From NCBI GenBank assembly GCA_038208905.1, contig JBBQYG010000061.1, positions 1-19,675 of the forward strand: a stretch of 19,675 nucleotides of DNA, read 5' to 3'. The notes beneath the pieces were generated by a model. It was not told the origin of the DNA, did no database searches, and was given only the letters and a program-made list of their open reading frames with translations. This document shows positions 9,535 to 17,343 of this stretch, piece after piece (the stretch's first letter is position 1; the number at the start of each line of letters is the position of its first letter). The stretch is from Candidatus Sumerlaeia bacterium. GTDB lineage: Bacteria; Sumerlaeota; Sumerlaeia; SLMS01. Both the position numbers and the translations under genes were made by a program.

Positions 9535-11787
9535 ATGCAACTGCTGATGATCTTTGCGATTCTGCTTTCGGTGTTACTCCCCGGGGTGGCATCTGCCACC
9601 ATCGTCACGGGCCCGCGAAGCGAGGCCATTCCCGCCATCACCCTGACAGAACACCGCGTCGAGGCGACGATCGACGGCGTGGTGGCTCGGACGCGCATCA
9701 CCCAAGTGTGGAGCAGCAGCGCCCCCACGCCGCTTGAGGCGTTCTTCATCGTGCCAACGCCGCGCGATTCGCAGGTCACGGAGTTCACCATGACGGTCGA
9801 TGGCAAGACGCTGACCGCCGAAGTGATGGACGCGGGCGAGGCGCGGCGCATTTACGAGTCTATCGTCCGCCGAACCCGTGACCCCGGCCTGCTCGAGTAC
9901 GTGGACGCCCGCACGCTGCGCCTGCGCGTGTTCCCGATCCCAGCGCGCGGCCACGCGACGCTGGAACTGGAGTATCTGGAAACGCTGAAGCGCGAGGGCC
10001 AGCTCACCGCCTATCGCTTCCAATCTCCCGAGACGACAGCCCGGCTTCAGAAAGGAGGCGCGACCCTCAAGATCGCGCTCAAGTCCACAGAGAATCTCGG
10101 CACGATCTTCTCACCCACTCCCGGGGCAACGGTGGCGCGCGCCGCGGATGGCCGGAGCGCCTCGGTCCTGATGTCGAACTATACAGATATACAGGAGCGC
10201 TTCACGCTCTACTTCGATTCGGGGCGCAAGGACGTGGGCTTGGCGGTGATCCTTGACAGGGCGTCTACCGGCAACGGCGGGACCGCGATGCTGATCGTGA
10301 CGCCGCCGAATCCATCTGAGGATAGGGTGGCCCTGGCGAAGGACGTGCTCTTCGTCTTCGATACTAGCGGCTCGATGTCCGACGAGGGAAAGATGGGCAA
10401 GATGATCGCGGCGCTCCAACAGTGCCTCGCCGGCTTGAACGCCGCTGATCGATTCAACATGGTCCAGTTTGCGACGGGTACCAAGCTGTTCAGCCCCGAC
10501 TTTGCCGCCGCGGACCAGACGAGCATCGAGAACGCCAAGGCATGGCTGGCGGAGCAGCGCCCGCGCGGCGGCACGAACATCTCCGGCGCGCTGGCAGAGG
10601 CAGCGAGCCAGCTTGCGGCGCTCCCCGCCGACGACGCGCGCATTCGCCAGGTGATTTTCATGACCGATGGGCTGCCCACGGTGGGCGACACCGACGACGT
10701 TCAGATTCTTGAGAAGCTCAAGCCCGCGAGCGGCGCGCGTCCCCGCGTCTTCACAGTGGGATTTGGAACCGACGTGAACACCCACCTGCTCGACACCATC
10801 GCGGAGAACTCCGCCGCGGTGCCAACCTATGTGGATCCCAAGCAGGACATCGAGCTGGCGGTGGGCGCGCTCTTCGAGGCGATCTCCCACCCGGCGATGA
10901 CTGATATACAGATCGAGACGAAGGGATTCGAGCTGGAGGACCGCTACCCGGCCGAGCTGCCTGATCTCTTTCACGGGCGTGACTTGCTGGTGCTGGGCCG
11001 CTATACGGGCACGGGCACGGCCTCCGTCACGCTGAAGGGCCGCGCCGGCGAAAGGACGATTGACGAGACCATCAAGTTGGAACTCCCCACCGCCGCCACC
11101 GCGGGTACGGCCTATGTGCGCGCGATCTGGGCTCAGCGGCGGGTGGGCTATCTGCTGGACCAGATTCGCCGAAACGGCGAAAGCAAGGAAGTCCGCGAGG
11201 AAGTGATCGCTCTCGCGATGGAGTACCGCCTGGTTACGCCCTATACCAGTTTCATCGCCGCCCCCGATGCGGAGTACGCACTTGCCACGGGCGCCCCGGC
11301 TCCGGCTGCCCCCACACGCTACCGCCGATTGATGACTTTCGACAGTCCGCATCAGGAGCCTTCGAGCGAGGTGGTTTCGCGAGACGGCTTGGCATCGAGC
11401 CAAGAAGGCTACTTCGACAAGTCCGGCGCCGGTGCGGTTCGCGCCGCGGAGGAAGTCCAGTCATTCAAGCAGGCCCAAGCCGCAGCGGCGCCCGAGCGGT
11501 CGGAGGCGTTGCGCAGCGACGGATCCGCAATTGCGTATGCTGGGCGGAAGTCCTTTAATCGCGCCAGAGACACGGCCCCCTGGATCGAGGCAGGAACCGA
11601 GACAGCCAAGCCCATCGCGATCAAGTACCTCTCCGCCGCGTACTACGAGTTGCTTGCGGCCTATCCCGAGCACCGCGACGCGATCCTGCTGGGAGAGCAG
11701 GTTCGCCTCGCCATCGGCAGTCACGTTGTGGAAATCGGCGAGACGGGCGCCGAGGCGGAGCTTCCACTCGAACTCAAGATCGATTGA
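9535..11787 (+). CDS. Secreted VIT + VWA domain protein (inter-alpha-trypsin inhibitor heavy chain-like)
   Basis: Signal-peptide-like MQLLMIFAILLSVLLPGVASA. VIT motifs include EA.F..P, EARRIYESI..RDPGLLE and VFPIPA. The VWA MIDAS is DTSGSM, GGTNI, TDG. C-terminal LVTPYTSF. ATG 9535 is preferred to GTG 9475. Confidence 0.9.
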   Translation: MQLLMIFAILLSVLLPGVASATIVTGPRSEAIPAITLTEHRVEATIDGVVARTRITQVWSSSAPTPLEAFFIVPTPRDSQVTEFTMTVDGKTLTAEVMDAGEARRIYESIVRRTRDPGLLEYVDARTLRLRVFPIPARGHATLELEYLETLKREGQLTAYRFQSPETTARLQKGGATLKIALKSTENLGTIFSPTPGATVARAADGRSASVLMSNYTDIQERFTLYFDSGRKDVGLAVILDRASTGNGGTAMLIVTPPNPSEDRVALAKDVLFVFDTSGSMSDEGKMGKMIAALQQCLAGLNAADRFNMVQFATGTKLFSPDFAAADQTSIENAKAWLAEQRPRGGTNISGALAEAASQLAALPADDARIRQVIFMTDGLPTVGDTDDVQILEKLKPASGARPRVFTVGFGTDVNTHLLDTIAENSAAVPTYVDPKQDIELAVGALFEAISHPAMTDIQIETKGFELEDRYPAELPDLFHGRDLLVLGRYTGTGTASVTLKGRAGERTIDETIKLELPTAATAGTAYVRAIWAQRRVGYLLDQIRRNGESKEVREEVIALAMEYRLVTPYTSFIAAPDAEYALATGAPAPAAPTRYRRLMTFDSPHQEPSSEVVSRDGLASSQEGYFDKSGAGAVRAAEEVQSFKQAQAAAAPERSEALRSDGSAIAYAGRKSFNRARDTAPWIEAGTETAKPIAIKYLSAAYYELLAAYPEHRDAILLGEQVRLAIGSHVVEIGETGAEAELPLELKID

Positions 11788-12107
11788 GCCGAGCGGCGGT
11801 GGTCGGGGCGACTCAGTTGTCCGCCCCGCCCGGTCCAGCGCTCCAAGTCAAAAGAGACGGGAGGCGCAGATTCCCGTGACAGTCGCCATCAAAGGGTCCC
11901 ATTTTTTGGGGCACGCAGGCGGGGATGAAAGCTAAGAATTCCTCCGCGCATCAAACCAAGAAAACTCAGGAGATGAGGCGTCCCATCAACATAAAGAATT
12001 GAGTTGCGCCGGGAAATACCGGCGGGCGATGTTCTTTTCAAGGCGGTTGGTCGAGCAACGGGCCACGCCAAGCTATGGAGGAGGAGGCGCGGGGACGCCA
12101 CTCAGCA

Positions 12108-13037
12108 ATGATGACAAAGCGGAATGACCAACAGAACGAGGCGAACCCCGAATCGCAGTCGGCTGACGATTATCTCAGCAGGCTCGCCCAGTCGATTTTG
12201 GCGAAGGACAAAAACCTGCGGCCCACCGCCCCGAGCCCGGCGCAGCAGCGGATCCTGACGCCATCGGATTCCCGCGTGAGTGTAAGGCGCCCGCCCACCC
12301 CGGACTTGTCCCCGCAGTCCACGGAGGCGTCGGACACTCGGAAGCTGCGCAACGCGCTCTCTGTCCCCAAGGATTGGGTTCGCGAAGTGGACGTTTACGA
12401 CGACCGGGGACATTTCATCCCGGGGACGATCCTCCTATTCGAGGATGGCAACGTCGGGGTGTACAAGGAGAGGAACCCGGCGAAGGAATATGACATCGTC
12501 TATATGCTGAGGAACACGGGGAACGTCTCTCCCCAGGGGATGCCGCTCTTTAACTACGAGGTGGAGCCGATCGGGCGCCTTTCGTCGGCGTGCTTCGAGC
12601 AGTTCGTGAAGACGGACCGGTGGGAGCGCGACATGCTGGTGTTCCACCTGCTGAAGTACAAGGACCACAGCCACATCCCCGAGATCGTGGCCGCGCCACC
12701 CACCCAGCCCCAGGCCGTGAACGACGAATCGTTTAGTTCCTGGGCGGTTCGCAAGCTGGAGGCGACCGAGATGCCGATCCTGACCACCGCGCCCGAGGAG
12801 GAGAAGCCGAAGCTCACGCGGGGTCGCAACATGACGATCGTCTTCGGCCCCAGCCAGAAGTGGGATGCGGTCTATTGGGGGAAGGACGAGCTGGGCCACG
12901 TGGTTGCCCACAGCACCCATGATCGCTGGTCGCTTCTGCATCTCGACCTCGACCGCTTCAAGGACTCCCTCACGTTCCACGGCATGGTGGACGCCCCGCT
13001 GCTCAAGAAGATGGAGAAGGACTTCGCCAGCGCGTGA
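12108..13037 (+). CDS. Hypothetical cytoplasmic protein (low-complexity N-terminus plus two small beta-rich domains)
   Basis: About 309-aa ORF with strong GC3 codon bias in its 3' two-thirds. Its stop overlaps the next start (GTGA). No family recognised. The start could be 12075, 12108 or 12111. Confidence 0.8.
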   Translation: MMTKRNDQQNEANPESQSADDYLSRLAQSILAKDKNLRPTAPSPAQQRILTPSDSRVSVRRPPTPDLSPQSTEASDTRKLRNALSVPKDWVREVDVYDDRGHFIPGTILLFEDGNVGVYKERNPAKEYDIVYMLRNTGNVSPQGMPLFNYEVEPIGRLSSACFEQFVKTDRWERDMLVFHLLKYKDHSHIPEIVAAPPTQPQAVNDESFSSWAVRKLEATEMPILTTAPEEEKPKLTRGRNMTIVFGPSQKWDAVYWGKDELGHVVAHSTHDRWSLLHLDLDRFKDSLTFHGMVDAPLLKKMEKDFASA

Positions 13038-13483
13038 TCCCGCCCTCGCCGCATTTCGTCCATCGCCTCCGGGTTGCCTATCCGGACGTTGACAGAATGG
13101 GCTTCGTGCACCATGCGCGCTATGCCATCTATCTGGAGGCGGCGCGCATCGAGTTATTGCGCGCGACCGGAACGAGCTACCGCGAATGGGAGGACCGCGG
13201 CCTGTTTCTGCCAGTGACGCACCTGGGCATCGACTATGCGAAGCCGGGCCTCTACGACGATGATCTGGAAGTGCTCCTGTGGATAACGCAGATCACCCGG
13301 CTGCGGATGGGATTCCGCTACGAGGTGCGATGCGAGGCGAGGGGGCTGACGCTCGTCACGGGCGAATCGCGCCATGTGTTCATGAATAAGGAGGGCCGAC
13401 CCACGCGGGTCGGCCCGGAGATACTGGATGCCCTTCGAGCGATCTCAGGCGGCGGCGAGACCGTCGAGCCGGGCGAGGATTGA
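13034..13483 (+). CDS. Acyl-CoA thioesterase, YbgC/FadM (4HBT hot-dog) family
   Basis: RVAYPDVDRMGFVHHARYAIYLEAARIELL, followed by LPVTHLGIDYAKPGLYDD and GRPTRV. Confidence 0.92.
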   Translation: MIPPSPHFVHRLRVAYPDVDRMGFVHHARYAIYLEAARIELLRATGTSYREWEDRGLFLPVTHLGIDYAKPGLYDDDLEVLLWITQITRLRMGFRYEVRCEARGLTLVTGESRHVFMNKEGRPTRVGPEILDALRAISGGGETVEPGED

Positions 13484-14281
13484 GGGGCGCTGGAGCTTTT
13501 CGATCGCGCGGCGCTCGATGCGGCGGACGCCTTCCTGGCTGAGGCCGACCTTGCGGCTGGTCTTGCGCAGGCTGAGCGGGTTGCCGTCCTCGAGACCAAA
13601 GCGCAGATTCAGGATGTCCCGCTCGCGGTCGGATAGCAGGCCCAGCACCGAACGGACGGCGACGGCGTTCTGGGCCGTGCTGCACGCGATCCACGGGGCG
13701 GGGGCGTTGTCGGGAATCGTGTCGAGCAGGTTGCCGCCCTCCTCGTTGCGCTCCGCGTCGAGCGAGACGATGGCATCGCGGAACGGCATCATGGCGGTGA
13801 TTTTGGCGGTGGGCATGTCAAGGAACAGGCCAATCTCCTCGTCGGTGGGCTCGCGGCCCTCGAAGCTGGAGAAATGGCGCATCGTCTCGGAGATGCGGCC
13901 CATGAGGCGGGCCTTGCGGATCGGCAGCCGGATCATCGAGCTGCCGTTGCGGACGGCGGCCTGAATTTCCTGGCGGATCCAGATGGCCGCATAGGTCGAG
14001 AATCGGAAACCCTTCCTCCAGTCGAACTTCCGGGTCACCGTCATCAGGCCGATATTGCCTTCCTGGATCAGGTCGGCCAGCGGCACGTTGCAGTCGCGAA
14101 ACTGCATGGCAATCTTAACCACCAGACGCAAGTTGCAGCGGATCGCTTCCTCGCGGGCGGCCTCGTCGCCTTCTTCGATCTTCTGAAAAAGGGCGACCTC
14201 CTCCTCGCGCGTCAGGATGCGGTGGTTTGCAATTTCCTGCAGGTAGGACTGAATCCCATCTTCTTTGAGCAGGTGTCTCAT
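13445..14281 (-). CDS. Alternative RNA polymerase sigma-70 family factor (regions 1.2-4, no region 1.1)
   Basis: Region 1.2 DGIQSYLQEI..ILTREEE; region 2 NLRLVVKIA, DLIQEGNIGL, FDWRKGFRFSTYA; region 3 GREPTDEEI, SLD; region 4 LSDRERDILNLRFGL..SQEGVRRIE. ATG 14281 is preceded by GGGGAGAGAG. 278 aa. Confidence 0.93.
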   Translation of the reverse strand: MRHLLKEDGIQSYLQEIANHRILTREEEVALFQKIEEGDEAAREEAIRCNLRLVVKIAMQFRDCNVPLADLIQEGNIGLMTVTRKFDWRKGFRFSTYAAIWIRQEIQAAVRNGSSMIRLPIRKARLMGRISETMRHFSSFEGREPTDEEIGLFLDMPTAKITAMMPFRDAIVSLDAERNEEGGNLLDTIPDNAPAPWIACSTAQNAVAVRSVLGLLSDRERDILNLRFGLEDGNPLSLRKTSRKVGLSQEGVRRIERRAIEKLQRPSILARLDGLAAA

Positions 14282-14335
14282 CGTTCTCTCTCCCCAGAGA
14301 TATCGTCTTGTGGGGGGCATCCGAGGAAAGGAAAG

Positions 14336-14350
14336 GCAAGGGTTGTACCG
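14336..14350 (-). promoter_or_regulatory. Putative sigma-54 (-24/-12) promoter for the sigma-70 gene
   Basis: The minus strand reads CGGTAC-AACCC-TTGC, against consensus TGGCAC-N5-TTGC, with exact GG-N10-GC spacing. It lies about 55 nt upstream of the start codon. Confidence 0.65.
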
Positions 14351-14389
14351 CGCTCCACGCCCGTTTTTGAGATCACACAAAGCCAATGG

Positions 14390-14402
14390 AATCAGCATTT
14401 TG
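14390..14402 (+). promoter_or_regulatory. Putative IHF binding site
   Basis: AATCAGCATTTTG matches WATCARNNNNTTR exactly. It sits between the -24/-12 element and the upstream palindromes. Confidence 0.5.
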
Positions 14403-14434
14403 GATCGGAGGTGGAGGAGGGTAGCCGCGGGTAC

Positions 14435-14493
14435 TGTGCGGTTTCTCGCACATTCCGAGATGCAATCTCGTCTATTGTGCGGTAAACTTCACA
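14435..14493. promoter_or_regulatory. Tandem TGT-N12-ACA palindromic sites (putative enhancer/UAS for a Fis-type HTH activator)
   Basis: TGTGCGGTTTCTCGCACA (14435-14452) and TGTGCGGTAAACTTCACA (14476-14493), 41 bp apart and sharing TGTGCGGT...CACA. A third palindrome, CGAGAT-gca-ATCTCG (14456-14470), lies between them. Confidence 0.55.
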
Positions 14494-14582
14494 CTCTAGG
14501 GGCGGTGATCCAATCCCCTTGCTCCAACGACCCCGAAGGCGCTGGCTGTCAGGACGTTCAATCTGACGAGGAGTTTCTAGCG

Positions 14583-16145
14583 ATGCCGAGGTTCAGAAAT
14601 CGATGGGTCCGTGTCGTAGTGGGTTTCGCGTTGGCTTTCATGATTGCTGGATGTGCCGGGAAAGGCACCGCCGCTCCCGCGCTTCCCGCGGGCCCGCGTG
14701 AGGTCCGCGGCGTCTGGATCACCAACGTGGACAGCACCGTTCTTACCAGCCGCGAGCGTATTGCGGAGGCGATGGATTTCTTGGCCGCGATGAACATCAA
14801 CGTGGTCTATCCCGTGGTTTGGAACAAGGCGCAGACGCTGTATCCGAGCGCGGTGATGAAGGAGCGCTTCGGAGTGGAGATCGATCCGATCTATGCGGGG
14901 CGCGATCCGCTGGCGGACATCATCGCGGAGGCGCATCGCCACGGCATCGAGGTCGTCCCCTGGTTCGAGTACGGGTTCGCCAGCTCCTACAACCTCGGCG
15001 GCGGGCCGCTCCTGAAAAAGGAGCCTGGGTGGGCCGCAGTGGACCCGGACGGCAATCTGGTGAAGAAGAATGACTTCGAGTGGATGAACGCCCTCGATCC
15101 CGAGGTTCAAGAATTCCTCGCTAGCCTGATCCTCGAAGTGGCGACGAACTACGACATCGATGGCATTCAAGGCGACGACCGGCTGCCGGCGATGCCTACG
15201 CTCGGAGGCTACGATGCCAAGACGGTGGCGCGGTATCGCGCCGAGTTTGGCAAGGACCCGCCGCGAGACATCAAGGACAAGCAGTGGGTGCAGTGGCGCG
15301 CCGACATCCTGACGGAGTTCCTGACCGACCTGCGCACGAAGGTAAAGGCCATCGACAAGAATATCGTGGTGTCGATGTCGCCGAGCTACTATGACTGGTC
15401 GCTGTACGAGTATCTTCAGGACTCCAAGACGTGGACAGATCGCGATCTGATCGATTCGATTCATCCGCAGGCTTACCGGTATGACTTCGAGAAGTATGCG
15501 AAGGTCATCGACGACATCGTTGCCAACCAGTTTACTGCGGAACAGTTGCCCCTCCTCTCCCCGGGCGTCCTGATCAAGTCGGGGAAGTATCGGATCACGT
15601 GGGAGTTTCTGGAGAAGTGCATCGCCTACAACCGCAGCAAGGGGATCATGGGCGAGGTGCATTTCTTCTACGAGGGGCTGCGGATGGACGGGAACGAGCT
15701 TGGCCTCGCGCTGGGCAGCGGCCCCTACCGCGAGCCCGCGACGCTTCCCTATCGGCAGAGCACATGGCGCCCGGGCGCGCTCTACTTCGAGCCCGAAGGC
15801 GGCGCGCGCGATTTGGCCGCCAGCGAATCGGCGACGTATCTCATCAAGGTTCCCAAGCCAGCGACCTACGATGTCTATGCGGAGATTCCCGCGCGCGAAG
15901 GAAAGTCGCGCAAGGCCGCCTATACGTTGACGAATGGGGCCACCCGGGCCGAGGCGGCGACCATCGACCAATCGGATAAGTTCTCCACCGGCTGGGTCAA
16001 GGTGGGCACCATGGAGTTTGGCGGCGGCAAGGGCGAGGAGGCAATCCTCCGCTCGCTCGACGAGGATGGTTCCCGCGTGGCGGTTGCCGGAAAGCTGATG
16101 CTGTTGCTGAATCGCAGACACTCGCCCAATGTGGCCTGGAATTGA
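14583..16145 (+). CDS. Glycosyl hydrolase-like 10 (YddW/DigH, UPF0748) lipoprotein with C-terminal golvesin/Xly-type beta-sandwich
   Basis: Lipobox IAG-C; REVRGVWI, T.YPS, RDPLA..I.EAH..GIEV.PWFEYG, PEVQEF, YDIDGIQGDD, PQAYR. The C-terminus reads ATY..P....YDVYA...A.Y...IDQ...GWVKVG. RBS GAGGAG at 14568-14573. Confidence 0.88.
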   Translation: MPRFRNRWVRVVVGFALAFMIAGCAGKGTAAPALPAGPREVRGVWITNVDSTVLTSRERIAEAMDFLAAMNINVVYPVVWNKAQTLYPSAVMKERFGVEIDPIYAGRDPLADIIAEAHRHGIEVVPWFEYGFASSYNLGGGPLLKKEPGWAAVDPDGNLVKKNDFEWMNALDPEVQEFLASLILEVATNYDIDGIQGDDRLPAMPTLGGYDAKTVARYRAEFGKDPPRDIKDKQWVQWRADILTEFLTDLRTKVKAIDKNIVVSMSPSYYDWSLYEYLQDSKTWTDRDLIDSIHPQAYRYDFEKYAKVIDDIVANQFTAEQLPLLSPGVLIKSGKYRITWEFLEKCIAYNRSKGIMGEVHFFYEGLRMDGNELGLALGSGPYREPATLPYRQSTWRPGALYFEPEGGARDLAASESATYLIKVPKPATYDVYAEIPAREGKSRKAAYTLTNGATRAEAATIDQSDKFSTGWVKVGTMEFGGGKGEEAILRSLDEDGSRVAVAGKLMLLLNRRHSPNVAWN

Positions 16146-16158
16146 GGGGGCAAACAAC

Positions 16159-17343
16159 GTGAGACAGTTGTTCGCGCTGGTCGCCATTCTCATTTCGCTG
16201 ACAGGATGCCAGACCATGTCGAAGACGCCGCGCGCCGAAGCTTCCGGCGACAATCGCCTTACGAATTCGCCGGACATGGTGGATCGGTTGATCTTCATCG
16301 AGTCCGCCGCGGACTGGCGTCGAGGCAAGCGCGAACGCGTCGCCGTCGAGGGGGCAAAGCTTGTTCTCGCTGACTCACGCAACCGCGCGTTTCCAAGGAG
16401 GGGGCGTTTCGACTCGCAGGAGATCGCCGCCGATTTTCCCTTCACGGAGGTCGTTCCCTCTTGGAACGCCGTGGCGACGCCTGATTCGGGGATGACGTTT
16501 CAGGTCCGCACGCGCGATGCGCGGAGCGGCGAGTGGTCGCCGTGGCTCTACATGGGCCAGTGGGGCCGGACGCCCCACTATCCCGGGCGCACTCTGGACT
16601 TCAAGCACGGCGAAGTGAACGTGGATTATCTGAAGTTGACGCGCCCCGCGAATGCTCTGCAAGTTAGGGCAGATCTTTATAGCTTCGATCTTTCTCAATC
16701 CACGACGCCGACGCTGACCCGCATGGCGATTGCCTATGCGGGCCGTGTGAAGAAGGCGTCGGATCGCAAGGAGTTGACGAAGCCCGTTGTGATCGAGGGC
16801 GATTGGGCGCGCAGCCTGGATATTCCGTATCTGGCTCAGGGGGACCTCAATCCCGCGATCAGCGGCTCCACGTGCTCGCCAAGTTCCATCACGATGAGCA
16901 TGGCCTATTGGGGCGTGAATCGCCCGTTGGAGCAGAACGCGCTGGATATATACGATCGCGAGTATGGAATTTTCGGCAACTGGGCTCGGTCGGCAGCGCT
17001 GCCGGGCCAGCTTGGCCTCAGGAGCTACGTGCGCCGGTTCCGCAACTGGGACCAAGTGAAGGCGGAGATCGCGAAGGGGAATCCAATGTGCGCCTCGATC
17101 CGCTTCGGCAAGGGCGAGTTCCCCAGCAACGTCCTGAAATCGACCAACGGCCATCTGATCGTAATCCGCGGCTTCACCCCGTCTGGGGATGTGATCGTGA
17201 ACGATCCCGCCAGCAGGGCCCGGGGGGACGGGATTGTCTATAAGGCCGACGAGTTGGCGCGCGCGTGGTTCGACAAGGGCGGCGTGGGCTATGTGATCGC
17301 GGGGCCGGAGGAGCCCGTGGCCAGTCGGCGCCGCGGAGGGTGA
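16159..17343 (+). CDS. Peptidase C39-like (papain-fold cysteine peptidase) lipoprotein
   Basis: GTG start after GAGGGG; lipobox LTG-C. Catalytic-type motifs IPYLAQ...TCSPSSITM (Gln, Cys), NGHLIVIRGF (His) and VIVNDPA (Asp). The N-terminal beta domain contains PSWNA and WSPWLYMGQW. Confidence 0.85.
   Translation: MRQLFALVAILISLTGCQTMSKTPRAEASGDNRLTNSPDMVDRLIFIESAADWRRGKRERVAVEGAKLVLADSRNRAFPRRGRFDSQEIAADFPFTEVVPSWNAVATPDSGMTFQVRTRDARSGEWSPWLYMGQWGRTPHYPGRTLDFKHGEVNVDYLKLTRPANALQVRADLYSFDLSQSTTPTLTRMAIAYAGRVKKASDRKELTKPVVIEGDWARSLDIPYLAQGDLNPAISGSTCSPSSITMSMAYWGVNRPLEQNALDIYDREYGIFGNWARSAALPGQLGLRSYVRRFRNWDQVKAEIAKGNPMCASIRFGKGEFPSNVLKSTNGHLIVIRGFTPSGDVIVNDPASRARGDGIVYKADELARAWFDKGGVGYVIAGPEEPVASRRRGG

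Noticed and set aside
11889..12101. 70-aa minus-strand ORF in the intergenic region
   Set aside because: No recognisable motif or convincing RBS, and weak GC3 bias compared with neighbouring genes.
14435..14493. CRP or Rex boxes
   Set aside because: The half-sites are separated by 8 nt rather than the 6 nt of TGTGA-N6-TCACA, so they were treated as TGT-N12-ACA sites.
14265..14582. Long N-terminal extensions of the GHL10 ORF (from 14265) and the sigma ORF (from 14398)
   Set aside because: Better starts with RBS exist at 14583 (signal peptide and lipobox) and 14281 (region 1.2). The spacer looks regulatory.
14577..16445. 622-aa antisense ORF opposite the GHL10 gene, and similar ones at 636-1847, 10111-11403 and 17475-18563
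   Set aside because: These are shadow ORFs expected from strong GC3 bias on the coding strand. They are Arg/His/Ala-rich with no recognisable motifs and fully overlap well-supported genes.
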